A stretch of 20,000 bases of DNA from an uncultured virus (IMG/VR IMGVR_UViG_3300037400_002380) (taxonomy: Duplodnaviria > Heunggongvirae > Uroviricota > Caudoviricetes), in the IMG/VR virus record IMGVR_UViG_3300037400_002380; one strand, 5' to 3'. Within the stretch, counting starts at the first letter, position 1; each line of letters opens with the position of its first letter. The notes below the pieces were generated by a model. The model made no database searches. It saw only the letters and a program-made list of their open reading frames with translations, and was not told the origin of the DNA. Positions 1-7,217 of this stretch are shown here, piece by piece. Made by a program: the position numbers and the translations under genes.

Positions 1-8
1 GCTCAAAT

Positions 9-182
9 ATGTCAAAGATACTAAAAAGCGAACGAAATAGGCTAAAGAAAGCAGCGAGGCAACTATTATATCCTGAGTGGGTTCAGTCAGCTTTAGACAA
101 AGCCCAAACAGAAGAGGAAGCATCTAGGATTATGACTATTGCGAGGAAGGAGAATTCAAACTATTGGAAGGACAGAAAATAG
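9..182 (+). CDS. Small phage hypothetical protein (57 aa; true start may lie upstream of the window)
   Basis: Manual translation MSKILKSERNRLKKAARQLLYPEW...SRIMTIARKENSNYWKDRK*; overlaps the next gene; not in the ORF track. Confidence 0.6.
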   Translation: MSKILKSERNRLKKAARQLLYPEWVQSALDKAQTEEEASRIMTIARKENSNYWKDRK

Positions 183-487
183 ATAATGTAAATCATCCCG
201 CGCATTATGAGGCAAGCACGTCAATAGAATGCATCGAAGCCATGGAGCTGATATTTGACTTCGACGACGTGCAGCAATTTTGTTTGTGCAATGCCTTCAA
301 GTATATTTGGAGGCACAAACACAAGAACGGTCTTGAGGATCTTGATAAAGCACAGTGGTACATCAACCATGCGGTACAGTTATACAACGATAACGACATT
401 ATTGACACAGATCTGTGGAGTCCTAACGTTGATCGCCTTCAGAATCTTCTAAACGTTAAGAGGAAGCAATGGCTGGAATCTCACTAA
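164..487 (+). CDS. DUF3310 family protein (putative nucleotide kinase-like)
   Basis: DNVNHPAHY...IECIEAM...NAFKYIWR..HKNGLEDLDKAQWY is the typical DUF3310 signature; AAGGAG upstream of TTG. Confidence 0.85.
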   Translation: MEGQKIDNVNHPAHYEASTSIECIEAMELIFDFDDVQQFCLCNAFKYIWRHKHKNGLEDLDKAQWYINHAVQLYNDNDIIDTDLWSPNVDRLQNLLNVKRKQWLESH

Positions 488-1698
488 AACAATACCAGCT
501 AGATGCTGTGCATAAGATGAAAAGAGGCTGCATTCTCTGCGGAGGCGTTGGCAGTGGTAAGTCTAGAACGGCTTTAGCTTACTATTATATTTGCAATGGC
601 GGAAAGCTAGATACAAAAAACTACGTCATGATGAAGAAACCCCGAGATCTCTATATTATTACCACAGCTCGTAAGCGAGACACCTGCGAATGGGAGCAGG
701 AGTTGGCACCGTTTCTATTATCTACAAATCCTGATGCAATGCCATACAAAGATCTGAAAGTGACAATAGACTCGTGGAATAATATAAAAAAATATAAAAA
801 TATCAGAGGGGCCTTTTTTATATTTGACGAGCAGCGTGTAGTCGGTTCCGGAGCATGGGTCAAAGCTTTTGAAAAAATTGCCTGGTGGGGTAATCACTGG
901 ATCCTTTTGTCTGCCACGCCAGGCGATAACTGGCTAGATTATATTCCTGTGTTCGTTGCAAATGGGTTTTACAAAAATCGTACAGAATTTATGCGTGAGC
1001 ATGTAGTTCGTAATGGGTATGTTAAGTTCTTCAAGGTAGAAAGATATTTAGGTACTCGTAGACTCGAACGATTGCGGGACAGTATTCTGGTCAATATGGA
1101 TTTCCTGAGACCTACCGTGCAACATCACGAAACTATCTGGGTGGAATACGATAGGCAGGGTTACAAAGATATTTGCAGGACTCGCTGGAATCCTTGGGAA
1201 GAAGATCCGATCAAGAACGCTAGCGAATTTTGTCAATGTCTCAGAAAACTCGTAAACCTGGATGAGTCTAGATTAACTGCGCTGCTTGAGATCCTGGAGA
1301 AGCACCCGAAAGCTATTATATTTTACAACTATGATTACGAGCTTGAGCTGCTTAGAGACATTAACAACTATATTCATCCTGACTTCGAAATAGCAGAGTG
1401 GAACGGACACAAGCATCAGCCTATACCAGATGGTGACAGGTGGGTGTATCTGGTACAGTACAACGCTGGAGCAGAAGGATGGAACTGCATAAGAACAGAC
1501 ACCATTATATTTTACTCTCAGAACTATAGCTACAAAGTCATGGTACAGGCCAGCGGTAGGATCGACAGAATGAATACGCCATTTGTGGATTTATATTTCT
1601 ATCATTTGAAATCGCATAGCAGTATTGATCTGGCAATAAGCAAGGCGCTAACCGAAAAGAAGAAATTCAATGAGACGAGATTCTATGGAGGTAAATGA
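469..1698 (+). CDS. SF2 (SNF2/DEAD-like) DNA helicase
   Basis: Q motif (LKQYQ), Walker A GGVGSGKS, FDEQ, motif III LSATP, AGAEGWN, QASGRIDR motif VI. Confidence 0.9.
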   Translation: MAGISLKQYQLDAVHKMKRGCILCGGVGSGKSRTALAYYYICNGGKLDTKNYVMMKKPRDLYIITTARKRDTCEWEQELAPFLLSTNPDAMPYKDLKVTIDSWNNIKKYKNIRGAFFIFDEQRVVGSGAWVKAFEKIAWWGNHWILLSATPGDNWLDYIPVFVANGFYKNRTEFMREHVVRNGYVKFFKVERYLGTRRLERLRDSILVNMDFLRPTVQHHETIWVEYDRQGYKDICRTRWNPWEEDPIKNASEFCQCLRKLVNLDESRLTALLEILEKHPKAIIFYNYDYELELLRDINNYIHPDFEIAEWNGHKHQPIPDGDRWVYLVQYNAGAEGWNCIRTDTIIFYSQNYSYKVMVQASGRIDRMNTPFVDLYFYHLKSHSSIDLAISKALTEKKKFNETRFYGGK

Positions 1699-1865
1699 TG
1701 GTAGAGTATCCCATTCAAGTTAGATGGCCTTATGAACCACCGCTTGCAAGAGCCATGAGATCGCAAGACTGGATAATATGGTTTTCTTATCAAGTTTTGT
1801 TTTTAGGGACAAGCGCAGATTTTATACGAACTTATTTTGCATTCGAACGTTTCTCCGCCAAATAA
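1695..1865 (+). CDS. Small hypothetical protein (56 aa)
   Basis: Manual translation MMVEYPIQVRWPY...FERFSAK*; GGAGG upstream; ATGA overlap with the helicase stop. Confidence 0.45.
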   Translation: MMVEYPIQVRWPYEPPLARAMRSQDWIIWFSYQVLFLGTSADFIRTYFAFERFSAK

Positions 1866-1880
1866 ACAACTCCTTTTATG
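1856..1880 (+). promoter_or_regulatory. Putative phage promoter motif copy 1 (CGCC variant)
   Basis: cgcc-aaataa-ac-aactcctt-ttatg, 40 bp upstream of the ATG at 1921. Confidence 0.6.
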
Positions 1881-1920
1881 AACAAGTAAATTATATTTCA
1901 CAAGCAAAAGGAGGTAAAAA

Positions 1921-2217
1921 ATGAAGAAATACGGCATAGCAATGTCGCTGTCAACAAACGAAGCCTACCTACAGTTCGAAACGGACACTGTAGAGGTTCA
2001 ATTCAGTGTGCTCTGGGCAAAGAGCCCGGCAGATGGCTGGTATTTTGTTATTCTTCGAGATAACGACGGTCAACCTATTGAAATTATGAGGATGGCCGAC
2101 GAGTCGAATAAAAATTACAAAGTATTCAGGTCTACCGTGGAGCACTACGCCGGAACATTTGAGTTCGAGGTTGTAATAGTGCCGAGTATTGGAATGTGGG
2201 AAGTACACGTTAAGTAA
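1921..2217 (+). CDS. Hypothetical protein
   Basis: 98-aa ORF, AAGGAGGT RBS, lies between a promoter motif and a terminator. Confidence 0.8.
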   Translation: MKKYGIAMSLSTNEAYLQFETDTVEVQFSVLWAKSPADGWYFVILRDNDGQPIEIMRMADESNKNYKVFRSTVEHYAGTFEFEVVIVPSIGMWEVHVK

Positions 2218-2237
2218 AAGGCAGTTACATTCTGGCG

Positions 2238-2276
2238 AGGAGGTAATTCTAAAAAGAGTTGCCTCCTTTTGTTTTT
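2238..2276 (+). terminator. Intrinsic terminator (family B)
   Basis: aggaggtaattct-aaaa-agagttgcctcct hairpin plus T tract; similar to 5087-5130. Confidence 0.8.
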
Positions 2277-2301
2277 CGCAATATTTACTGTCTATATTAT
2301 G
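2277..2301 (+). promoter_or_regulatory. Putative phage promoter motif copy 2
   Basis: cgca-atattt-ac-tgtctata-ttatg. Confidence 0.7.
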
Positions 2302-2331
2302 ACTATAAACTTTTTAAGAAAGGAGACTAAT

Positions 2332-2694
2332 ATGGAAAAGTATATTGCAAAATTTGATTTTAAACCTGAATTCAAGGGGCTTGAGTTCGAAAAGCAACTG
2401 GCAATCGATCTGTATACCAAAGCGCGGAACTTGTTCTGTGACCTCGCAAACGAATGCTACGAAAAATGGAACGACGAATACAACGAGCAGAAAGATGGCT
2501 CGTATGATTCGTATATTTCTAAGAAACAGCAAGTCGTTGTAGACGTGGTAAACGGACAATTGAAAAAGAGCGCTCCGATAAAGCAGATCATGAAACTCAA
2601 ATTGAACGAAGACAATGATGTAGACGGAATTTATAAGTCAATTGGACAAGAATACAGGATTTCTATGTATATTGTACCTTCGACTACTAAGTAA
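2332..2694 (+). CDS. Hypothetical protein (120 aa)
   Basis: Start reassigned to ATG 2332, which follows GAAAGGAG; the longer track start runs through the terminator and promoter. Confidence 0.8.
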   Translation: MEKYIAKFDFKPEFKGLEFEKQLAIDLYTKARNLFCDLANECYEKWNDEYNEQKDGSYDSYISKKQQVVVDVVNGQLKKSAPIKQIMKLKLNEDNDVDGIYKSIGQEYRISMYIVPSTTK

Positions 2695-2705
2695 TAGTCA
2701 ACTAT

Positions 2706-2755
2706 AGACTCTCTGTAAGTATCGGAATGATATTTGCAGGGAGTCTTTTGTTTTT
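2706..2755 (+). terminator. Intrinsic terminator (family A)
   Basis: agactctctgtaagtatc-ggaat-gatatttgcagggagtct long stem with G:U pairs plus T tract. Confidence 0.85.
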
Positions 2756-2766
2756 AAGGAGGTTTT

Positions 2767-3528
2767 ATGGCAATAAGAATTTGTTTTGAAGAAAAGTATG
2801 TCAAAAGAACATTGGACAAATCCAAAAAGAACGACATGGCTATTATCGACCCAGACGGCATTGATACCAGGATCGTTGAAGCCGCGGCAAACAGAGGAGT
2901 CCATGTCTATGGATATTTGAATGCCTGTGCTCTTGAGAAGGAACGTTGGTACTATAATCAGTTCAAAGACATTCGAATCGCTCCGTATGAAGGGTGGCCT
3001 GATGAATACTGGGTTGATGTTACGTCCGAGAGGTGGAAAGACAATCTGATCGCTGCAGCTAAGGCAATGAAAGGCTACGGTGTCAAAGGTTTATATTTTG
3101 ATAACACCGATCTGTATTATATGTGTCTTAAGGGTTTCGGTGATAAGGCAATGAGAACGCCGCCGAGGGCATGGTCTGTATATACTGCATTACTTGATGT
3201 TATGCAGCGGATCACAGTCATGGGTATGGTCGTCATGCCTAATGGTGGTGACGACTTTGTTAGGAAGCTTGTTAATAATGGTCACAGAGATCTGGTCAAG
3301 ACTGTGATCCAGGAATCTGTTTTATATTCTGACAATAAGAAAGTATCTAAAAGCGATACGAAATACTTCACCGAATACCTTGACTGGTGCAAGAAGCATG
3401 GAATCTACGTCAGAGGCATAGAGTATTGTAAGTCTGCAAAAGATATTCTCTATGCAAAGGCCTACTATCTGAAGCACGGTTGGCCTGGTCTTTATATTTC
3501 GAAGCATCATAATTTGGAAGGGGATTGA
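2767..3528 (+). CDS. GH114 / PelA-like endo-alpha-1,4-polygalactosaminidase-family glycoside hydrolase
   Basis: IIDPD, YGYLNAC.LE..R, WPDEYWVDV...W, GLYFDNTDLY, PNGG, QESV, IEYC motifs fit the GH114 TIM barrel; AAGGAGG RBS. Confidence 0.75.
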   Translation: MAIRICFEEKYVKRTLDKSKKNDMAIIDPDGIDTRIVEAAANRGVHVYGYLNACALEKERWYYNQFKDIRIAPYEGWPDEYWVDVTSERWKDNLIAAAKAMKGYGVKGLYFDNTDLYYMCLKGFGDKAMRTPPRAWSVYTALLDVMQRITVMGMVVMPNGGDDFVRKLVNNGHRDLVKTVIQESVLYSDNKKVSKSDTKYFTEYLDWCKKHGIYVRGIEYCKSAKDILYAKAYYLKHGWPGLYISKHHNLEGD

Positions 3529-3598
3529 GCATGAAATCAGTAATGATATTTGTAGGGACTATTTTGTTTTTGCGTAGGTTTATTTGGAGGAATGAATA

Positions 3599-3877
3599 AT
3601 GGATAAAATGGCATTACGTATTGTAGAGAATTATATTCGTGAGCACCTGGACAAAAGCGATCCGGAAGTGCATTTTGATGTGTTCACAGTGTGGAAGGCA
3701 AAAATCCTTCAGAACTGGAAATATCTGATCAGCAGTACGTTACCTGATGGTATGTACTACGAACTGACATATAACGGCAATAAAGCCGAGTGGTACCTTG
3801 ACGCCTACAAGAAAATTGAAAACGTCGTGCATAATTCAGACGGTGATCCTGTTCGTGGGAGGTATAATTTTGGATAA
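3599..3877 (+). CDS. DUF6275-like phage protein
   Basis: DVFTVWKAKILQNWKYLISSTLPDGMYYELTYNGNKAEWYLDAYKK signature. Confidence 0.8.
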   Translation: MDKMALRIVENYIREHLDKSDPEVHFDVFTVWKAKILQNWKYLISSTLPDGMYYELTYNGNKAEWYLDAYKKIENVVHNSDGDPVRGRYNFG

Positions 3878-4199
3878 CAAAGAAACAACAAAACTTGTAG
3901 ACAAAATCGGTACACCGGCTTTGCTCGAACTGATGGCCGAAGAAGCAACCGAATTATCCTTCGCTTGTCTGAAACTTGCAAGATATTTGAGGGACGAAAA
4001 TCCGATGGCAAGCGAACATGATCAGACTGAACTTTCGATGAAAATCGACGAAGAAGTGGCTGATTGCTATGTGACTTTGAGAGAGCTTCGTAAGGCTCCT
4101 AACATTGTCAATAACAACGCAGTCTCAGAGATTATCGACTTCAAGCGCAGGAGGATGAATGAGCGTCTTGGAATGAAAGCTGAATCGTTTATATTCTGA
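3870..4199 (+). CDS. MazG-like all-alpha NTP pyrophosphohydrolase
   Basis: AEEATEL...EEVADC acidic motif; TTG start at 3870 behind GGAGGT. Confidence 0.65.
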   Translation: MDNKETTKLVDKIGTPALLELMAEEATELSFACLKLARYLRDENPMASEHDQTELSMKIDEEVADCYVTLRELRKAPNIVNNNAVSEIIDFKRRRMNERLGMKAESFIF

Positions 4200-4202
4200 G
4201 TA

Positions 4203-4227
4203 CGCATTTCTTACAATCTCCTTTATG
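4203..4227 (+). promoter_or_regulatory. Putative phage promoter motif copy 3
   Basis: cgca-tttctt-ac-aatctcct-ttatg, running into the hairpin tatggac...gtccgta. Confidence 0.7.
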
Positions 4228-4265
4228 GACGAATGGTGTCCGTATTTAGAAAGGAGTAACTTATT

Positions 4266-4679
4266 ATGAAACAGATGGAATATGGAAAAAACATTGACCG
4301 AGAGGTTCTGTATCACGGAAACATAGACGGCGTTGAATGTGCTATCGTTAACACGAGAGGTAGTCACCCGTGCGCGTACATCAATGTGCCAAAATCCATT
4401 CTCAACAAATACGATGATCCGGAATTGGATTACGACAAATGGTTTGCCGACTGTCATGGAGGCTTTACATATGCCGATACCAAGGCTCCGGGAATAGATT
4501 CTGAAAAGGATGGTTTCTGGCTCGGATGGGACTACGCACACTGTGGAGATTATACATGTGTCGCATATAATGGTAGCATACTTTTCCCGCCGCATAAACA
4601 TGAACATATGTGGACCACCGGCGAAGTTTTGGAAAACGTTATTGACACAATATGTTCGCTCGAATACGATGCGGATTAA
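4266..4679 (+). CDS. Phage hypothetical protein (HGGFTY / WLGWDYAH motifs)
   Basis: 137-aa ORF, GAAAGGAG RBS; His/Cys-containing motifs of a kind seen in phage accessory proteins. Confidence 0.8.
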   Translation: MKQMEYGKNIDREVLYHGNIDGVECAIVNTRGSHPCAYINVPKSILNKYDDPELDYDKWFADCHGGFTYADTKAPGIDSEKDGFWLGWDYAHCGDYTCVAYNGSILFPPHKHEHMWTTGEVLENVIDTICSLEYDAD

Positions 4680-4690
4680 AAGCCAACAGG

Positions 4691-4730
4691 AGGGCCTGTC
4701 GCGATATTTACGATGGGTCCTTTTGTTTTT
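4691..4730 (+). terminator. Intrinsic terminator
   Basis: agggcctgtcg-loop-cgatgggtcct plus T tract. Confidence 0.7.
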
Positions 4731-4732
4731 CT

Positions 4733-4757
4733 CGCAGAATCTGCAATCTCCTTTATG
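4733..4757 (+). promoter_or_regulatory. Putative phage promoter motif copy 4
   Basis: cgca-gaatct-gc-aatctcct-ttatg; near-duplicate of copy 3 including the downstream hairpin. Confidence 0.7.
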
Positions 4758-4794
4758 GACGAATAGTGTCCGTAAATAAAAAGGAGGAAACAAA

Positions 4795-5079
4795 ATGAGA
4801 ATGTTAACTGAGTTGCCTTTAAAAGCGACCGATGCAATGATTCACTTTGGTGAAAAAGCTCCACTGACGGAGCTGCGTTTTCGCCTCGCAAAGATGGCAC
4901 ACGATATGTATACCGTGCATATCTACGACCGTAACGGCAAACTCATCAGCTTGATGAATTTGGTAGATCACTGTCGTGGATATCACACTATGTATACTGT
5001 TGTCCTAGAGGGAGGCGTTATCGTAGACGTCGCCATATATGAGCGATTTCACCGGTGGACTATTTCAGTCGCCGGGTAA
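4795..5079 (+). CDS. Hypothetical protein
   Basis: 94-aa ORF, AAGGAGG RBS, has its own promoter motif and terminator. Confidence 0.8.
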   Translation: MRMLTELPLKATDAMIHFGEKAPLTELRFRLAKMAHDMYTVHIYDRNGKLISLMNLVDHCRGYHTMYTVVLEGGVIVDVAIYERFHRWTISVAG

Positions 5080-5086
5080 GGCATTC

Positions 5087-5130
5087 GGAGGTAGCTCTTT
5101 ATTGAGTTGCCTCCTTTTATTTTTTTTTTT
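5087..5130 (+). terminator. Intrinsic terminator (family B)
   Basis: ggaggtagctc-tttatt-gagttgcctcc plus long T run. Confidence 0.8.
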
Positions 5131-5132
5131 CA

Positions 5133-5157
5133 CGCAGAATTTACAAACAGTATTATG
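5133..5157 (+). promoter_or_regulatory. Putative phage promoter motif copy 5
   Basis: cgca-gaattt-ac-aaacagta-ttatg. Confidence 0.7.
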
Positions 5158-5208
5158 GAAACGTTTCATTAAGATGAAAGGAGGATTTGAAATGAAACGT
5201 ATAAGCAA

Positions 5209-5267
5209 GGGAAGACCTAACTGCGCTATTCTAGATAAGCGTTACAAGGTCTTCCCGTTTTTGTTTT
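5209..5267 (+). terminator. Terminator-like hairpin
   Basis: gggaagacct...aggtcttccc followed by gtttttgtttt. Confidence 0.65.
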
Positions 5268-5291
5268 ATATTTTCTAGCGTTAGGAGGGTT

Positions 5292-5441
5292 ATGTCAAAA
5301 GAATGCATTAATTGTGATAAGTACGTTCCGTATTGCAAGCTCTATGGATATTTTGACAAAGGAGGAAAACCAAGAGTCAATAAAGTCTGTGGTTGTGAAA
5401 ACGAAGGGTCACGTTGCTGTAAGAAAGGAGAAACAAAATGA
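5292..5441 (+). CDS. Small Cys-rich protein (49 aa) coupled to the RAMP-like gene
   Basis: Manual translation MSKECINCDKYVPYCKLYGYFDKGGKPRVNKVCGCENEGSRCCKKGETK*; AGGAGG RBS; ATGA overlap at 5438-5441. Confidence 0.65.
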   Translation: MSKECINCDKYVPYCKLYGYFDKGGKPRVNKVCGCENEGSRCCKKGETK

Positions 5442-6040
5442 AAGAAATGAAAATCAAGGTAACCTTTATCGAGCCTGTACTTGGATCTCAGCCTGCTGAT
5501 CCGGAAGTGTACAGCAAATTCATCGCTGCGAATGCTCCAGACGCAAAGACCATGAAGGAAGAAATCGAGGAAATGGGCAAGACAAAGTATGAGGAGAAGA
5601 CCATGACGGTGTTTCCTCGTACTGCTGACGAGAAGCCTTGCATCCTTGACTACCAGATCAAGGGTTTCTTCAAGGACAGTTGCTCAGCTCTTCAGAAAAT
5701 GAAAGATGAGGACATGTCGAGAGAGTCTTGCAAGATCAAGGCTTTCAAAAAGGTTATTGACGGTAACGTTTTCCCGTACCCCAGGAAGTCGGAGATTGTT
5801 TTCGATGGAGATATCAGCAATCTCCAGCGTCCTCTTAGAGCTCAGACCATGCAGGGTGAGAGGATCTGTCTCGCAAATTCGGAGATGATTCCAGCTGGGG
5901 CTTATTTCTTTGCAACGATCAAATTCCCGGATAAGCTTGAGCCGGTGATTCGCGAATGGCTCGACTATGGGGAATTGAAAGGCCTTGGTCAGTGGAGAAA
6001 TGCTGGCTGGGGTCGGTTCAAGTGGGAAGTTGTCGATTGA
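5438..6040 (+). CDS. Stand-alone RAMP-superfamily (Cas7/Csm3-like) protein
   Basis: N-terminal strand KIKVTFIEPVLGS, YQIKGFFKD helix (cf. SxKGxxR), SEMIPAG..F, and C-terminal glycine-rich loop GLGQWRNAGWGRF; GAAAGGAG RBS. Confidence 0.8.
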   Translation: MKEMKIKVTFIEPVLGSQPADPEVYSKFIAANAPDAKTMKEEIEEMGKTKYEEKTMTVFPRTADEKPCILDYQIKGFFKDSCSALQKMKDEDMSRESCKIKAFKKVIDGNVFPYPRKSEIVFDGDISNLQRPLRAQTMQGERICLANSEMIPAGAYFFATIKFPDKLEPVIREWLDYGELKGLGQWRNAGWGRFKWEVVD

Positions 6041-6044
6041 TATT

Positions 6045-6573
6045 TGCTATGGCATGGCGGAGTAACGGTGTGTATTGCAAAGGCGAGGTGCAGTTCCGCA
6101 ACGAGAGGTAGCGTGTGGCAAAGGCATAGTGCCGTCAAGTATTGTTGTGCAATGGCGTAGTGAAGTACCGTGTGACAGTGTAAAGCAAAGGCACAGCGTG
6201 GCAAGGTATTGGATGGCTACGGTATAGCTGAGTGCAGAGTAGCGACGCAATGGCTATGCGAGGAAGGGAACAGCAGCGCAGAGCAATGGCATTGTTAAGC
6301 TAGGAATAGTTCGGCAAAGGCGAAGCGATTAGTTGAATTGTATAGCAATGGCAAAGTGCAGTAGGTAAGGCAACGGCATAGCAAGGCATGGTCACGCGTG
6401 GCAAGGTATTGGATGGCTATGGCGTGGTGCAGTTCCGCGAGGTCTGGTTGTGTTAAGCAATGGCAAAGTATTGAATCGTAACGCGGCGCTAAGGCATTGT
6501 TAAGCGATGTAATATCCTGTATGGCAAAGGCAAAGTATCGAATTGAATCGTAATGTGGCGTATGGCATAGTGG
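6045..6573 (+). repeat. Non-coding pentamer-periodic (NGY-NN)n array of 15 units; candidate guide-RNA array
   Basis: GC-NNN-GGY junctions at 6046, 6077, 6118, 6149, 6185, 6216, 6247, 6283, 6314, 6345, 6370, 6416, 6457, 6488, 6524; spacings are 5n+1 except one (25); G at every fifth base within units. Confidence 0.9.
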
Positions 6574-6576
6574 TTG

Positions 6577-6623
6577 GCTCCCTGTAGGTATCAGAAATGA
6601 TATTTGCAGGGAGTTTTTTATTT
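6577..6623 (+). terminator. Intrinsic terminator (family A) closing the array
   Basis: gctccctgtaggtatca-gaaa-tgatatttgcagggagt plus T tract. Confidence 0.85.
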
Positions 6624-6637
6624 GAAAGGAGATAGCG

Positions 6638-6916
6638 ATGTTATATTCGAGCTCGGCAGCTATGTCCCGGGTTAAAAACTCAGTAATCAGAAAGAACCCG
6701 TCACCATGTAAAGACTGCTCATCACGACACAGCAGATGTCATTCAGAATGCAGTTTATATTCTGAGTGGAAAGATGCTGTATACCAGAAAAGGGCTGATG
6801 TTTTAAAAAACTATGCAAAAGCTAACAGTGGAAGTCGGGAAGCGAAAGCGCGTACTCGTAGGTATATCGAGCGCAAAGCTGATATGTCGAAAAAAGGACA
6901 GACAGTGAGTATTTGA
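6638..6916 (+). CDS. Cys/His-rich phage hypothetical protein
   Basis: PCKDC..RH..CHSEC..Y..WK motif; GAAAGGAG RBS. Confidence 0.75.
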   Translation: MLYSSSAAMSRVKNSVIRKNPSPCKDCSSRHSRCHSECSLYSEWKDAVYQKRADVLKNYAKANSGSREAKARTRRYIERKADMSKKGQTVSI

Positions 6917-6926
6917 TGGAGGACAA

Positions 6927-7208
6927 ATGATGAAATCAATTGTTAGTTATTCAAATCTATGGGACAGTGATCCAATTCTTAATGTCGATTTTGGCGATGG
7001 CAGCGCTTTTACACTTGGTTATAATGGCCGTTACGAATCGTTTTTAAAAGAATTTATACCAAATCTTAAAGACTTCTTTAACGGTGTTATTGAAGAGTAT
7101 CATGAGTTAACTGCGCATAGAAGTGATTATGAAGACTGCTTTAATACCATGATATCTGACTTTGAAACTGTTAACACCCCCTATTTTCAGCGTACCGTGT
7201 GCTTTTGA
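6927..7208 (+). CDS. Hypothetical protein, paralog of 8333-8635
   Basis: GGAGG RBS; shares FTL.Y.G and YE.CF.TMI.DFET with 8333-8635. Confidence 0.8.
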   Translation: MMKSIVSYSNLWDSDPILNVDFGDGSAFTLGYNGRYESFLKEFIPNLKDFFNGVIEEYHELTAHRSDYEDCFNTMISDFETVNTPYFQRTVCF

Positions 7209-7217
7209 GGAGAACAA

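Noticed and set aside
3531..3549. Apparent match of array unit 11 NN string (ataaatcagtaaatat) to atgaaatcagtaatgatat
   Set aside because: It needs irregular gaps and is AT-rich, so it is consistent with chance. No self-target was identified by eye.
4125..4793. 222-aa minus-strand ORF and other overlapping alternative-frame ORFs
   Set aside because: They overlap better-supported plus-strand genes, promoters and terminators.
5989..6250. Minus-strand ORFs 5989-6204 and 6047-6250
   Set aside because: They are antisense to the array in an all-plus-strand region, and their composition (L/C/H/T/A-rich) is a by-product of the 5-nt periodicity.
6045..6573. Calling the array a CRISPR array
   Set aside because: There is no 23-47-bp direct repeat; the constant part is only ~8 nt and the intervening sequence is itself periodic.
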